Assembly (NCBI RefSeq): GCF_963921235.1 | Contig: NC_086097.1 | Coordinates: 238,330,001-238,394,000 of the forward strand | DNA length: 64,000 nt | DNA from: Mobula hypostoma | Taxonomy: Eukaryota | Direction of reading: 5' to 3' | Shown: one piece after another, positions 12,351 to 25,069 of the stretch | How the letters are laid out: each line of letters begins with the position of its first letter | Numbering within the stretch: position 1 is the stretch's first letter | Made by a program: the position numbers and the translations under genes | The notes under the pieces: generated by a model | What the model was told of the DNA's origin: nothing | The model's input: the letters and a program-made list of their open reading frames with translations, nothing else | Databases searched by the model: none

Positions 12351-14080
12351 ATAGAACATAGAAAACCTACAGCACAATACAGGCCCTTCAGCCCTCAAAG
12401 TTGTGCCGAACATGTCCCTACCTTAGAAATTCCTAAGGTTACACATAGCCCTCTATTTTTCTAAGCTCCAGTGTACCCATCCAAAAGTCTCTGAAAAGAC
12501 CCTATCGTATCCGCCTCCACTACCGTTGCTGGCAGCCCATTCCACGCACTCACCACTCTCTAAGTAAAAAAACTTATCACTGACATCCCCTCTGTACCTA
12601 CTCCCCAGCACCTTAAACCTGTGTCCTCTTGTGGCAACCATTTCAGACCTGGGAAAAATCCTCTGACAATCCACACGATCAATGCCTCTCATCATCTTAT
12701 ACACCTCTATCAAGTAACCTCTCATCCTCCGTCGCCCCAAGGAGAAAAGGCCGAGTTCACTGAACCTATTCTCATAAGCAATGCTCTCCAATCCAGACAA
12801 CATCCTTGTAAATCTCCTCTGCACCCTTTCTATGGCTTCCACATCCTTCCTATAGTGAGGTGACCAGAAATGAGCACGGTACTCCAAGTGGGGTCTGACC
12901 AGGATCCTATATAGCTGCAACATTACCTCTCGGCTCCTAAATTCAATTCCACGATTAATGAAGGCAAATACACCTTATGCCTTCTTAATCACAGAGTCAA
13001 CCTGCAGAGCTGCTTCGAGCATCCTATGGACTCGGACCCCAAGATCCCTCTGATCCTTCACGCTGCCAAGAGTCTTACCATTAATACTACATTCTGCCAT
13101 CATATTTGACCTACTAAAATAAACTACACTTATCTGTGTTGAACTCCATCTGCCGCTTCTCAGCCCAATTTTGCATCCTATCAATGTCCCGCTGTAACCT
13201 CTGACAGTCCCCCACGCTATCCACAACACCTCCAACCTTTGTGTCATCAGCAAACTTCCTAATCCATCCCTCCACTTCCTCATCCAGGTCATTTATAAAA
13301 ATCACAAAGAGTAGGGGTCCCAGAACAGATACCTGAGACTTCCATGCAGAATATGACCCATCTACAACCATTCTTTGCCTTCTGCGGGGAAGCCAATTGT
13401 GGATCCAAAAAGCAATGTCCCCTTGGATCCCATGCCTCCTTACTTTCTCAATAAGCCTTGCATGGGGTACCTTATCAAATGCCTTGCTGAAATCCATATG
13501 CACTACATCTACTGTTCTTCCTTCATCAATGTGTTTAGTCACATCCTCAAAAAATTCAATCAGGCTCATGAGGCACGACCTGCCCTTAACAAAGCCATGC
13601 TGACTATTCCTAATCATATTATACCTCTCCAAATGTTCATAAATCCTGCCTCTCAGGATCTTTTCCATCAACTTACCAACCACTGAAGCAAGATAATTTC
13701 CTGGGCTATCTCTACTCCCTTTCTTGAATAAGGGAACAACATTGCAACCCTCCAATCCTCCGGAACATCTCCTGTCCCTATTGATGATGCAAAGATCATC
13801 ACCAGAGGCTCAGCAATCTCCTCCCTCGCCTCCCACAGTAGCCTGCAGTACACCTTATCCTGTGACTAATCCTACTTGATGCTTTCCGAAAGCTCCAGCA
13901 CATCCCCTTTTTTAATATCTACATGCTCAAGATTTTCAGTCTGCTGCAAGTCAGTACTACAATCACCGAGATCCTTTTCCATAGTGAATACTGAAGTATT
14001 CATTAAGTACCTTTGCTATTTATTCCTGTTCCATGCACACTTTCCCACTGTTGCACTTGATAGGTCCTATTCTCTGACAT
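12350..14080 (-). mobile_element. CR1-clade LINE fragment (second family) covering most of the RT
   Basis: ORFs 13114-13755 ([32 protein letters not shown]) and 12453-12923. Tail tagaacatagaaaacc. Confidence 0.92.
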
Positions 14081-14199
14081 CTTATCCTCTAATTATCACC
14101 TGCCACAAAGTTAGCATATTTCATATGCTAGTGATATTAAATCTGATTCTGACTTTATTGGCCAAGAGAATTCCACACTCCTCCCCAAAATGGATCCTA

Positions 14200-15120
14200 T
14201 TTCAATATCTAGGTGATCTCATTGAAACCTACTGAAGTGTGAAAGGCTTTGAAAGAGTGAACATTGAGAGGATGCTTCTAACAGAGGCAGAGTGTAGCAC
14301 CAGAGGGCACAGCCTCAGAATTCAATGATGTCCCTTTAGAATAGAGATGTGGAGGAATTTATTTCAACAGAGTGGTAAATCTGTGCAAATGATTGCCCCA
14401 GGCCGCTGTGGAGGCCAAGACATTGTGTATATTTAAAGCAGAGGTTGATAGGTTCTTGATTAGTTGTGGGGAGAGGGCAGGAACATGGATTTGAGAGGGA
14501 AAATAAATCAGCCATGATCAAATGATGGAACAGACTCGATGAGATGAATGGCCTAATTCTGCTCCTATGACTAATGATCTTGAAAGAATGCATAAACCAT
14601 CGCATATAAGGAGTACAACACTCTGTGTGGCATACAATGACAAGACATCTCTACAAGTAAAATAGGGAAACGTCTGAAGAAGATAATATTATATGGTGTC
14701 ACAGAAAGAGCAGATGGCCTTTTCTTTCGATAGTATTAACAGCGGGTGCACCAAAATATTAAATTATGAAGCACAAATGTACTGTGCACAGAATTATAAA
14801 GCCCACTATCACACAAGTGATATGTGGAATCAAAGCAGAATAACACCAGTATATGGAACTGTGCATTCTTTAAATTCAATTTAAAATCTGAATACATTGA
14901 CCACAAGACATAGGAGCAGAATTAGCCTGTTCCACCCTTCCATCATGGCTGATTTTTTACCCCTTTAATCCCCATTTTTCTGCCTTCTCCCCATAACCTT
15001 TGACGCACTCAGTAATCAAGAACCTGACAACCTCCACTTTAAATATATTCAATGATTTAGTCCCCAAAGCTCCATGGAAATGATTTCCACAGATTCACAA
15101 CTCTGTGGCAAAAGAAAATT
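14200..15120. mobile_element. Two short CR1 3' fragments (14200-14580 +, 14900-15120 -)
   Basis: gagggcacagcctcagaa...ggcctaattctgctcctatg and its reverse complement. Confidence 0.7.
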
Positions 15121-15444
15121 TGGGAATGTTGGGGAAGTAAAATATTATAAGGTAAATTTGTAGGGAATAGTAATGCTCTCTGAGTTACAATAGACTAGGT
15201 GGATTAAAATTCACATCATCCCCTATACATATTGGAAGCAAATCTGAAACGCGGACATAATAATGAAAGCACACTTCACTTATATCAGAACGAAATGACA
15301 AAAAAGTTTAAATATTAACATTTCTTCTGTCACAAAGATGTTACTGATTGATAACTGCCAAGTTACAGAAGGATTTTCCGTGTCCTGAATGTAACATATG
15401 GAGGCACAGCAAAGTATAATGTAAGACTGAAGATTGAAATCATT

Positions 15445-16105
15445 GAGGCGAGAGCGGAAGGCGAGTGGATGTTCAGCTTCGTCTACCAGAAGGTTCAGCA
15501 GGTGACTGGTCTCTCTCTCTCTCTCTCTCTCTCCCCCTCTCGCTTGTTACTGCCAGAGGAAGGTGTCTGCATATGACTGGTCTCCCCCCCCACCCCACTT
15601 TTCCACTGCTCTCGGAGGAGGGTTCCTATATTTGCATGGCGTGTCCCTCCCGCTCGATGCGTAAGAATCGGGAATCTTGGGCAAGGTTTAATCAATGTGG
15701 ATTGTGGATTGGACTCTGTAGTTCACATAATGAATTGTTTCTGGTTTCTGGTTGCTCCTTTTTGTTGCTATTTTGTGCGATTTTTATCGGAGTGGCCTGG
15801 CTTTGCAGCCTGAAGTTAATGAACGACACAGAGCTAGATTGAACTAAACTGAGCTGAACTGAATATGCCTGGACTGGTTTGAATATTTGTGGTTTGATGG
15901 TTTATATTCTGTGTTTTTCACTTTTTTTTTTGCTTTTGCCATTTGCATGATTTGTTCTTTCTTTTTGCACGTTGGGGATTTGATGGATTTCTTTGAATGT
16001 GTTCCATAGTTTTATTTCTTTGTTTCACAGCTGTCTGTGGAAAGACAAATCTCACAGTTGTATAAGTGCTTGTATACTTGAATAAATGTACTTTGAAGAT
16101 TTTTG
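15445..16105 (+). repeat. Unclassified non-autonomous interspersed repeat with (CT)n; related tails at ~28990-29370, 35290-35590, 62040-62555
   Basis: Shared 3' module ..gcctgt/ctgtgg..gacaaatctca..gttgtata..aataaatgtactttga. Confidence 0.5.
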
Positions 16106-16208
16106 AATCTTTAATTAAAGACTTCATTTTCATACAAATGGATGAATTATTCCTCCCCATCCACATCCCTTCATCAACTACGAGGATAAAGCATTTTGAA
16201 TAAATGCA

Positions 16209-16632
16209 CACAAAATGCAGGAGGAACTCAGCAGGCCAGGCAGCATCAATTGGTGAAATTGAAAAACAGCTTTTGGGCACAAGGTGTTTTTCAAAATATC
16301 TTTGACCCATTGAAAGTTATTCAAAATGAACCAGGAGGCAACAGATGAAAAGCCAAAGAAGAAAAGGGTGCACAAATCACTTTCCCAGTCCTTTACTTTA
16401 CCCCTCTCCCGATTTCACTTATCACCTACTACCTTGTACTTTGTCCTCCCCTTCCCCCACCTTCTTACTCTGGCTTCATCTACTTCATCTTCTTCCCTCC
16501 AGTCCTGATGAAGGGTCTCATACTGAAATATTGACTGTTTACTCTTTTCCATAGATGCTACTTGGCCTGCTGAGTTCCTCCAGCATTTTGTGCCTGTTGT
16601 TTGGATTTCCAGTATCGGTAGATTTTCTTCTA
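16209..16632. mobile_element. Older inverted Penelope pseudo-LTR insertion enclosing a copy of adjacent genomic DNA
   Basis: pLTR(-) ~16209-16270, duplicated segment 16271-16373, pLTR(+) ~16380-16630 with CTGATGA..GAAA at 16505-16528. gaataaatgca flanks it at 16198-16208 and 16641-16651. Confidence 0.65.
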
Positions 16633-17426
16633 TGCATCCCGAATAAATGCATTATCCCGATCTTGCCATTGATTTCTTGGGGGGGTGGGGGCATGGAGAA
16701 AAGATTTTGGGGACAAAGTGTTCTGCAAAATTTCTTTGCCTCATTGAGAGTTATTCAAAATGAACCAAGAGGGGATTGATGAAAAGACAAAGAAGAAAAA
16801 GGTGGCAGACTGATTTGTGGATTGTGAATTGTCTTAAGAAATGACAACTGTCCTGCCTTGAATGGGTGATACTTCTACACGGAGAGGTTTAGAATCTTGG
16901 AAACCTCACACAAGTTTACGTGAACATAAAACGTCTCAAACCTCCTGACGGCTCCTTGCCATTGATATTTGTACTGGATTTAAACATTGGATTCAATCTG
17001 GATTTAAGCAGTGCAGTGCCTACTTGTTGCAGCTTCCCGAGAGATGGTCTGAAAATATGCTGGCTGAATCTGTGACAGTTTAGGTCTGGAGCAGAGAAGT
17101 GATTTCATTTGCTTTGATACAGAACAGCTATAAGAAATTAAAAAGGTGCTTCGAGTAATTTAAATTTATTGCATTTCAGTGATTTTAAGTATTTCAATTT
17201 TAAGTTAAATTTTAAAAGCCTCATTTAGTAGCATGGTTAATTTTTAACTAGATTTTGAGTGTTTATGAATATTCAATACATCTTCCACAGTAAGTAAGCA
17301 AGTGGGTGTAACATCAGTGAATACCAAAGCATTTTTATGGAAAGGACGGCTAATGATAGAAAGGACCTGCATTCCTCAAAGCCTCTCAAGTCAGGTCTGA
17401 AAGAGCTTCATAGACCGAGTTGTTAA

Positions 17427-17498
17427 ACGTCGACTGTACCTCTTCCTAGAGTTGCTGCCTGGCCTGCTGTGTTCACCAGCAACTTTTATGTGTGTAGC
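17427..17498 (+). mobile_element. ~70-bp Penelope pseudo-LTR fragment
   Basis: Matches the PLE 3' end (cgtcgactgtacctcttcctagag...caccagcaacttt). ttgttaa occurs at 17420-17426 and 17499-17505. Confidence 0.65.
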
Positions 17499-18232
17499 TT
17501 GTTAATAGATCTGCTCCAATTAATTGCAGACCCAGGGGGAGGAGAAAGAAGTAGGGTTGGTGGGGGGGGGGGCGGGCAGGGGAACTCTGCACTCCCAGGA
17601 AATTCTGTACCATTGTCTTTCTAGCACTTCTGAAATGACAATGGAATGATATATTTCTGTGTATTAAGGTCCAAAATAAAGTGGGAATTGTGTGGGGCAT
17701 CCATGCAAGTTTATTTTCAGACTGTTGAGGAAATGCAGATGATGTACAATAATTTTGAGCCTTGTGTGTAATCATGCATAAAACACATCACAAAGATGCC
17801 AAAGAAGTATGAACTTTGGTGTCTGAGGTGCAACCATGGATTTATTCACCCAGGAAACTAATCTGATCAACCATTCTACTTTGTAGTTGGACCATCTACA
17901 TACCTCTATTACCTCAGTCACTGCAGTGTCCTGTAAACACTTTAAACCACTGTTTGTAATATTGTTTACATTATGAATACATGCCAGTTTTTATGTATTT
18001 ATGCACAATTCTAAACCTGTACTTCAAACTTTATTTTTCTACAGTATAGCTCCTTATTCTTTATTACTGTTGAATGTTTATGCTGCATGCCACACCAATA
18101 CACGAGCAATTTCTTAATACAAGGAAACATACATGGTGAATAAAGTTGATCCTTTATCCTTGGAAGGCCACCTAATTCACTGGAACACAATAAGGATTGC
18201 TTTTTAAACTCGTCGGGACAATTTAGAACAGG

Positions 18233-18251
18233 TTTGCCACCTAGTGGCATG
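18233..18251 (-). promoter_or_regulatory. Candidate CTCF-binding motif
   Basis: Minus strand CATGCCACTAGGTGGCAAA fits the CCACYAGRKGGCR core, in non-repeat DNA. Motif match only. Confidence 0.35.
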
Positions 18252-19010
18252 CGGGAAATGAGGATCGCCACATTTTGGTTATGATGCTGTAGAATTAATG
18301 ATTTTAAAGATACACCTTACACTGGAATGACTTTGGGACCAGTAGGGAAAAATTAAGTTACTGTTTTGTCCCATGCATGACCCAGAATGTGCCTACAAAA
18401 AGTTATGGATACAGCCCAGGCCATCATGGATAAAGACCACCCCCACCATTGAGTACATCTACATGGAGTGCTGTCGCAGGAAATCAGCACCCATCATCAA
18501 GGATCCCCACGATACAGGTCATGGCCTCTTCTGAGTGCTGTCTTTGGAAAGGTACACGAGCCTTAGGTCCCACATCAGCAGCTTCAAGAACAGTTATTAC
18601 CTCTTAACCATCGGGCTCTTGAATCAGAGGGGATAACTGCACTCAATGCCACTCACACCATTACTGAACTGTTCCCGCAACCTATTGACTCACTTTCAAG
18701 TATTCTTCATCTCATGTTCTTGATATTTATTGTTTATTATAATTTCTTATTTTCCTCTCTTTTTGTATTTGCACATTTGCAGTGCATGGTGCAGTCTTCC
18801 ATTGATTTTATTGTGTTCCTTGTATTTACTGTGAATGCCTGCAAGAAAGTGAATCTCATGTTTGTATATCATGACATATATACAGTTTGATGATAAATTT
18901 ACTTTGCACTTTGTCCTCTGGATTAGGCAAAAAGCATGGCAATGCAGAATATCTGAGAAGAATTTTGAGTTAGAAGAGATTGGATAGCGAGAAGCAGGAG
19001 ACCATGATTA

Positions 19011-20311
19011 ATAGAAACATAGAAACATATAGAAACATAGAAAATAGGTGCAGGAGTAGGCCATTCGGCCCTTCGAGCCTGCACCGCCATTTATTATGAT
19101 CATGGCTGATCATCCAACTCAGAACCCAGCCTTCCCTCCATACCCCCTGACCCCTGTAGCCACAAGGGCCATATCTAACTTCCTTTTAGACATAGCTAAT
19201 GAACTGGCCTCAACAGTTTGCTGTGGCAGAGAATTCCACAGATTCACCACTCTCTGTGTGAAGAAGTTTTTCCTAACCTCGGTCCTAAAAGGCTTCCCCT
19301 CTATCCTCAAACTGTGACCCCTCGTTCTAGACCTCCCCAACATCGGGAACAATCTTCCCGCATCTAGCCTGTCCAATCCCTTTAGGATCTTATACGTTTC
19401 AGTCAGATCCCCCCTCAATCTTCTAAATTCCAACGAGTACAAGCCCAGTTCATCCAGTCTTTCTTCATATGAAAGACCTGCCATCCCAGGAATCAATCTG
19501 GTGAACCTTCTTTGTACTCCCTCTATGGCAAAGATGTCTTTCCTCAGATTAGGGGACCAAAACTGCACACAATACTCCAGGTGTGGTCTCACCAAGCCCT
19601 TGTACAACTGCAGTAGTACCTCCCTGCTCCTGTACTCGAATCCTCTCGCTATAAATGCCAGCATACCGTTCGCCTTTTTCACCGCCTGCTGTACCTGCAT
19701 GCCCACTTTCAATGACTGGTGTATAATGACACCCAGGTATCATTGCACCTCCCCTTTTCCTAATCGGCCACCATTCAGATAATAATCTGTTTTCCTATTT
19801 TTGCCACCAAAGTGGATAACTTCACATTTATCCACATTAAATTGCATCTGCCATGAATTTGCCCACTCACCCAACCTATCCAAGTCACCCTGCATCCTCT
19901 TAGCATCCTCCTCACTGCTAACACTGCCACCCAGCTTCGTGTCATCCGCAAACTTGGAGACGCTGCATTTAATTCCCTCATCCAAGTCATTAATATATAT
20001 ATTGTAAACAACTGGGGTCCCAGCACTGAGCCTTGCGGTACCCCACTAGTCACCGCCTGCCATTCTGAAAAGGTCCCGTTTATTCCCACTCTTTGCTTCC
20101 TGTCTGCTAACCAATTCTCCACCCACACCAATACCTTACCCCCAATACCGTGTGCTTTAAGTTTGCACACTAATCTCCTGTGTGGGACCTGGTCAAAAGC
20201 CTTTTGAAAATCCAAATATACCACATCCACTGGTTCTCCCCTATCCACTCTACTAGTTACATCCTCAAAAAATTCTATGAGATTCGTCAGACATGATTTT
20301 CCTTTCACAAA
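19011..20311 (-). mobile_element. Young CR1 LINE, 5'-truncated
   Basis: ORFs 19775-20374, 19740-19985 and 19119-19712 ([29 protein letters not shown]). Octamer tail (atagaaac)n. Near-identical to 36405-37056 and 59679-60162. Confidence 0.95.
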
Positions 20312-20589
20312 TTCACAATAGTTTGTGTTCGAGTGCAAAATTTGTCCTAAAGTTTCAGGCAACTCTTGGATCATGTGCCACTTACTAGACTACTTGGGGA
20401 GGTGATTGTGGGAGCACAGGAGCTGCAGCTATTCAACCCCCACAGTGAAGAATCTGCCAGGACAGTCTGTGCTATATTGGATTAACTCAGGACAGCTTTT
20501 CTGTTCATTTCAGAAGAGACGGTTTCCAGGGACTGAAGCAAATTGTTTAAGATTTCAGATTTCTTTTTTTTTTGTGTTTTTTGTGTGCT

Positions 20590-20895
20590 TTTAGCACAGA
20601 AGCACAGCACCAGCGATCAGGGTTCAATTCCCAACACTGTCCGCAAGGACATTGCACGTTCTCTTTGTAAGTGCATGGATTTCCTCCGGGTGTTCCATTT
20701 TCCTCCCACATTCCAAAGATGAACAGGTTAGTAAAGGACAAAAAGTTGTGTGTGTATTATGTTGGCACTAGAGGCATGGGACCAATACCTGAAAGCTGCC
20801 CCCAGCACATACTTGGACTGTATTGGTTGTTGACGCAAATGGCACATTGCACTGTATGTTTCAATGGGTCAATGTACATGTAACAAATAAAAATA
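20590..20895 (+). mobile_element. V-SINE; further copies at ~22960-23235(+), 26740-26990(-), 29400-29690(+), 36370-37230(+, split), 49180-49430(-), 57740-58000(-), 61590-61850(-)
   Basis: gggttcaattccc..ttcctccgggtgttccattttcctcccacattccaaaga..tgtaacaaataaa. Confidence 0.75.
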
Positions 20896-21470
20896 GATTA
20901 AAACAAACTAAACATGTCACAATTTGGAAATCAAGTTGTTTTTACTGGAGCAAGTCAAGCTAGCGAGGACAGGCTGAAAGGACAAATGAGGCAGTGCACA
21001 CCAGTATCGTATCATCAAATTCAAGTTGACCTCAGGGAAACTTAAGGATAACAAGGGAAAGACCAGCCAGCCATGCATTAGAATTGTCATCCAGAGGTAA
21101 CAAAAAAAAAACCCGGACTATTCTGAATCAAATAAACTGAAGTGGAGCTCTATTATTGAGCTGAAAAAGAAAGAAAATACTAGATAGTTTTAGTAGGTCA
21201 GGCAGAAGGCAGTAGAGAGAGGGAAACAGAGTTAATGATCCACATTTTCCATGCTTCGTCAGAATTCTAACAAAAAATTAATTGACTTATCAACTGTACT
21301 TTTCTCTCCAGAGACGTTGCCCAAGTTCCTAAATGTTTCTAATATCTCCTGTTTTTATTTTGGACTTTTAACATCTGCAGTATTTTACTTTAAGTTACTA
21401 AACTGCAATAACCAGAAACCCAGCTTGGAGATTAAATCTGATTTTTAAAAAATCATTTGTTGCCTATGAG

Positions 21471-22499
21471 CAATGTTCCCCCTAATTTTTATTAGTCAGT
21501 GTGCACAAAAATCTTATGTTGTGCAAATTTTTCTTCCTGTGACAAAAGTATGTGCGCACTGAATGCACATATGGCACAGTTTATATAGGTTTACAAAATA
21601 TTTGACATAAAACTGCACAGAATAACAACAAAATAACATACATATTTAAGTCACTCAGTTATTTTTTCTTTCTCCTTTCTTTGGCATTTACCCATTCTTT
21701 GTAAACTCCATCTAAACTAATAGAACTTCCATCCAATTGATAGCTTTTGATTCTCATTAATAAATCCAAATGACGTTCACCTAAACGGTTTCTCAGCTTG
21801 TTTCTGAGTTGATTCATTAGGCTAAAACCTCGCTCACAGTCCGCACTAGATGCAAGGTTCCCCAAATATCCATCAACTGTGCAAGGTCGCAAAACTGTTT
21901 ATTTTGAAGTACAAATGCCACCATTTGAGCAAAGTTTGAAATCAGTTTGGATTTAATTTTTTCTTGCATGGAAAATTTGAAATCATTAAACTGTCTAACT
22001 ATTACAGTATTTTCAGCTAGAAAATCATGATATTTTAGACATAAGGCATTAACTTTTTCATCGCCAAATGTGAAGTCACAACCTGCAATTGCGGAGAAAG
22101 CAAAAGCTGACCGTTCTTGTACCTCATCGTCAGAAAACCTTTCTTCTAAATGAATGCAAAGACTATTTATAAAAGTCAGCAGCGAACTTGTATCTACTGT
22201 GACGTTTTCTTCATGCTGTTGGCTTAGCAAGACTTTAACTTTGTCACTCCACGAAACATTGTCTCCCAGATCCCAAGAAAGGTGAGGTGACGTAAATTAG
22301 TGACGTGCATTGTGGTATTTGAAAAACCAACTAACTAGTTAACAGAAACATTTAGCTAAAAGATTATTTTCAATAAGTATAATTATTAATTACTACATTA
22401 TTTTAGGTAACTAACCTTTTGTGCACACATTAATTTCCCTTGTGCGCTGTTTGAAAAATGTGTGCGCGCGCACATACACACAGCTTAGCAGGAACATAG
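21471..22499 (-). mobile_element. Internally deleted hAT DNA transposon retaining the transposase C-terminus (dimerisation domain)
   Basis: Imperfect TIRs CAATGTTCCCCCTAA / CTATGTTCCTGCTAA. 8-bp TSD cctatgag (21463-21470) / tctatgag (22500-22507). Frameshifted ORFs 21817-22230 and 21659-21892 include SSADCERGFSLMNQLRNKLRNRL. Confidence 0.88.
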
Positions 22500-23589
22500 T
22501 CTATGAGGTACCATTTTCTAATTTTTAGAGCAAGACACACAAAATGCTGGAAGAACTCAGCGGAACAGGCAGCGTCAATGGGAACGAATAGATAGTCAAT
22601 GCTTCAGGCTAAGACCTTTCTTCGGGACTGAGAGTAAGTGGGATGTTTGTGGATTTTGTACATTTTCCTGTGAACCATGTGGGGAAGTATACCTGTATGT
22701 ACTTCTGACTGTAATTCATAGTTTTTATTACGTATGACAATGCACAGCTGAGGATTAATAACACATTTCAACATGTGCAATTTCACGATATATTAATCCT
22801 GATTCTGTCTCCAGCGCACACGATTTGTAAAAGACCCTGTTAACTGGATTTTCAGTTTTAAGATATTGCATCTGATATTCAGTCAAACTCACAGAATAGC
22901 AAAATGGAGCCACCTTTATGCTTTACCTAATTCAAAGCCAATAATATGAAGCTAGAAATGGGGCCCCACAGTAGCAGTTAGCATAATCACTTTACTGTGC
23001 TGTAAGAACTGGGTTCAATTTCTTTTGTTGCAAGGAGTTTATACATTCTCCCTGTGACTGGGGAGGTTTCCCCCAGGTGCTCTGATTTCCTCCCACACAT
23101 TGGCTATGTTTGCACCAGAAATATGATGACAACTGGGGGGCTACATCCAGTACATAGTCAAACATTGATGCAAAACATCGTGTTTCACTGTATGCTTCGA
23201 TGGACACGTGACAAATAAAGTTAATCTTCTGCACTGAAGTATTAAAGTGATCAATTGGTTCAATACAGATCAGTGAGAAGATATTTTTATGATCATCCTT
23301 CAGTACATAAGTTTATGGAAGAACAAAATGAGTGTTATACTGGATCAGGTGCAGCATAAGAAACAAATGATAATAAAATTTCCTTTGAACTTTAATTGTA
23401 TATACATGAAGTGATGCTAGGTACAGGAGAATCTGTATATAAGGTAACTCGGACAAGAGATGATAAAGAAGTGGTGGTAGGTGGTAGGGAGTGTGGTGAG
23501 TTGGGTTATGAGTGGAGGTGTCGATCAGTTTATGGGAAGTAACTGTTTTTGAGTCTGGTGGTACTGGCATGGAAGCTGTATAACCTCTT

Positions 23590-24740
23590 CACAGGTGAAT
23601 CTGTTGGCACAGGTGGCTGTAGAGGCCAAGTCAATGGGTATATTTAAGGCAGAGGGTGACAGATTTGTGATTAGTCGGGGCATGAAGGGATACGGGGGAG
23701 GGCTGGAGAGCGGGAAGATGGATCAACCATATTGAAATGACGGAGCAGAATAGATGGGCCAAATGGCCCAATTCTGCTCCTACATCTTATGCTCAATGGT
23801 TTCTTCCCTGACAGGAGTGGGGCAAACTTATGCTGATGACACAAACATTGGGGCTGTTGTGGATAATGTGGAGGGCTGTCAGAACTTACAGCAGGACATC
23901 AATAGGATGCAAAACTGGGCTGAGAAATGGGAGATGGAGTTCAACCCAGATAAGTGTGAGGTGGTTCATCTTGGTAGGTCAAATATGATGGCAGAATATA
24001 ATATTAATGGTAAGACTCTTGGCAGTGTGGAGGATCAGAGGGATCTTGGGGTCCGAGTCCATAGGACACTCAAAGCAGCTGCGCAGGTTGACTCTGTGGT
24101 TAAGAAGGCATAAGGTATATTTGCCTTCATTAATCGTAGAATTGAATTTAGGAGCCAAGAGGTAATGTTGCAGCTATATAGGACCCTGGTCAGACCCCAC
24201 TTGAAGTACTGTGCTCAGTTCTGGTCACCTCACTACAGAAAGGTTGTGGAAACTATAGAAAGGGTGCAGAGGAGATTTACAAGGATGTTGCCTGGATTGG
24301 GGAGCATGCCTTATGAGAATAGGTTGAGTGAACTCGGCCTTTTCTCCTTGGAGTGACGGAGGATGAGAAGTGACCTGATAGAGGTATATAAGATGATGAG
24401 AGGCACTGATCATGTGGATAGTCAGAGGCTTTTTCCCAGGGCTGAAATGGTGAGCACGAGAGGGCACACTTTAAGGTGCTTGGAAGTAGGTACGGAGAAG
24501 ATGTCAGTGATAAGTTTTTTTTTACGCTAAGAGTGGTGAGTGCGTGGAATGGGCTGCTGGCGTTGATGGTCGACGGGATACAATAAGGTATTTTAAGAGA
24601 CTCCTGGATAGGTACATACAGCTTAGTAAAATAGAGGGCTCCAGGTAACCGTAGGTAATTTCTAAACTAAATACATGTTTGGCACAGCTTTGTGGGCCGA
24701 AGGGCCTGTATTGTGCTGTAGGTTTTCTATGTGTCTAGGT
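23590..24740 (+). mobile_element. CR1 3' fragments (same family as 12350-14080)
   Basis: YADDTNIG, MEFNPDKC, LVRPHLKYCAQFWSP in ORFs 23754-24113 and 24165-24356. Confidence 0.9.
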
Positions 24741-25069
24741 CTAAATGTCCATGTGCTGGGAGGGTGAGATCATTATTGATATTGCTGTCCTTTTTCTGGC
24801 ACCTTTCTGTGTATACATCCTTTATGGGGGGGGGTGGGCAAGCTCGTGCTGGTGATGCATTGGGCAGTTTTAACTACCTACTGTAGAGCCCGCCTGTTAC
24901 GCCTTTCTTTGGTCATGTGACTCAGCTTCCAGTTGAATCATTAAGAATGATTCTCATGAAGTTGCTTTCTTTTAAGCTACTGAGATGAAGGTAAGCCTTA
25001 CTCCAGGAAATTAAATGTATATAGTAAGTTTATAATGGTCTCGATGGTACATGTTGTTAGGAATTAACA

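Noticed and set aside
19011..19043. Short direct repeats (atagaaac)n, also at 36405 and 59679
   Set aside because: CR1 3' tail repeats with no spacers; not CRISPR or satellite.
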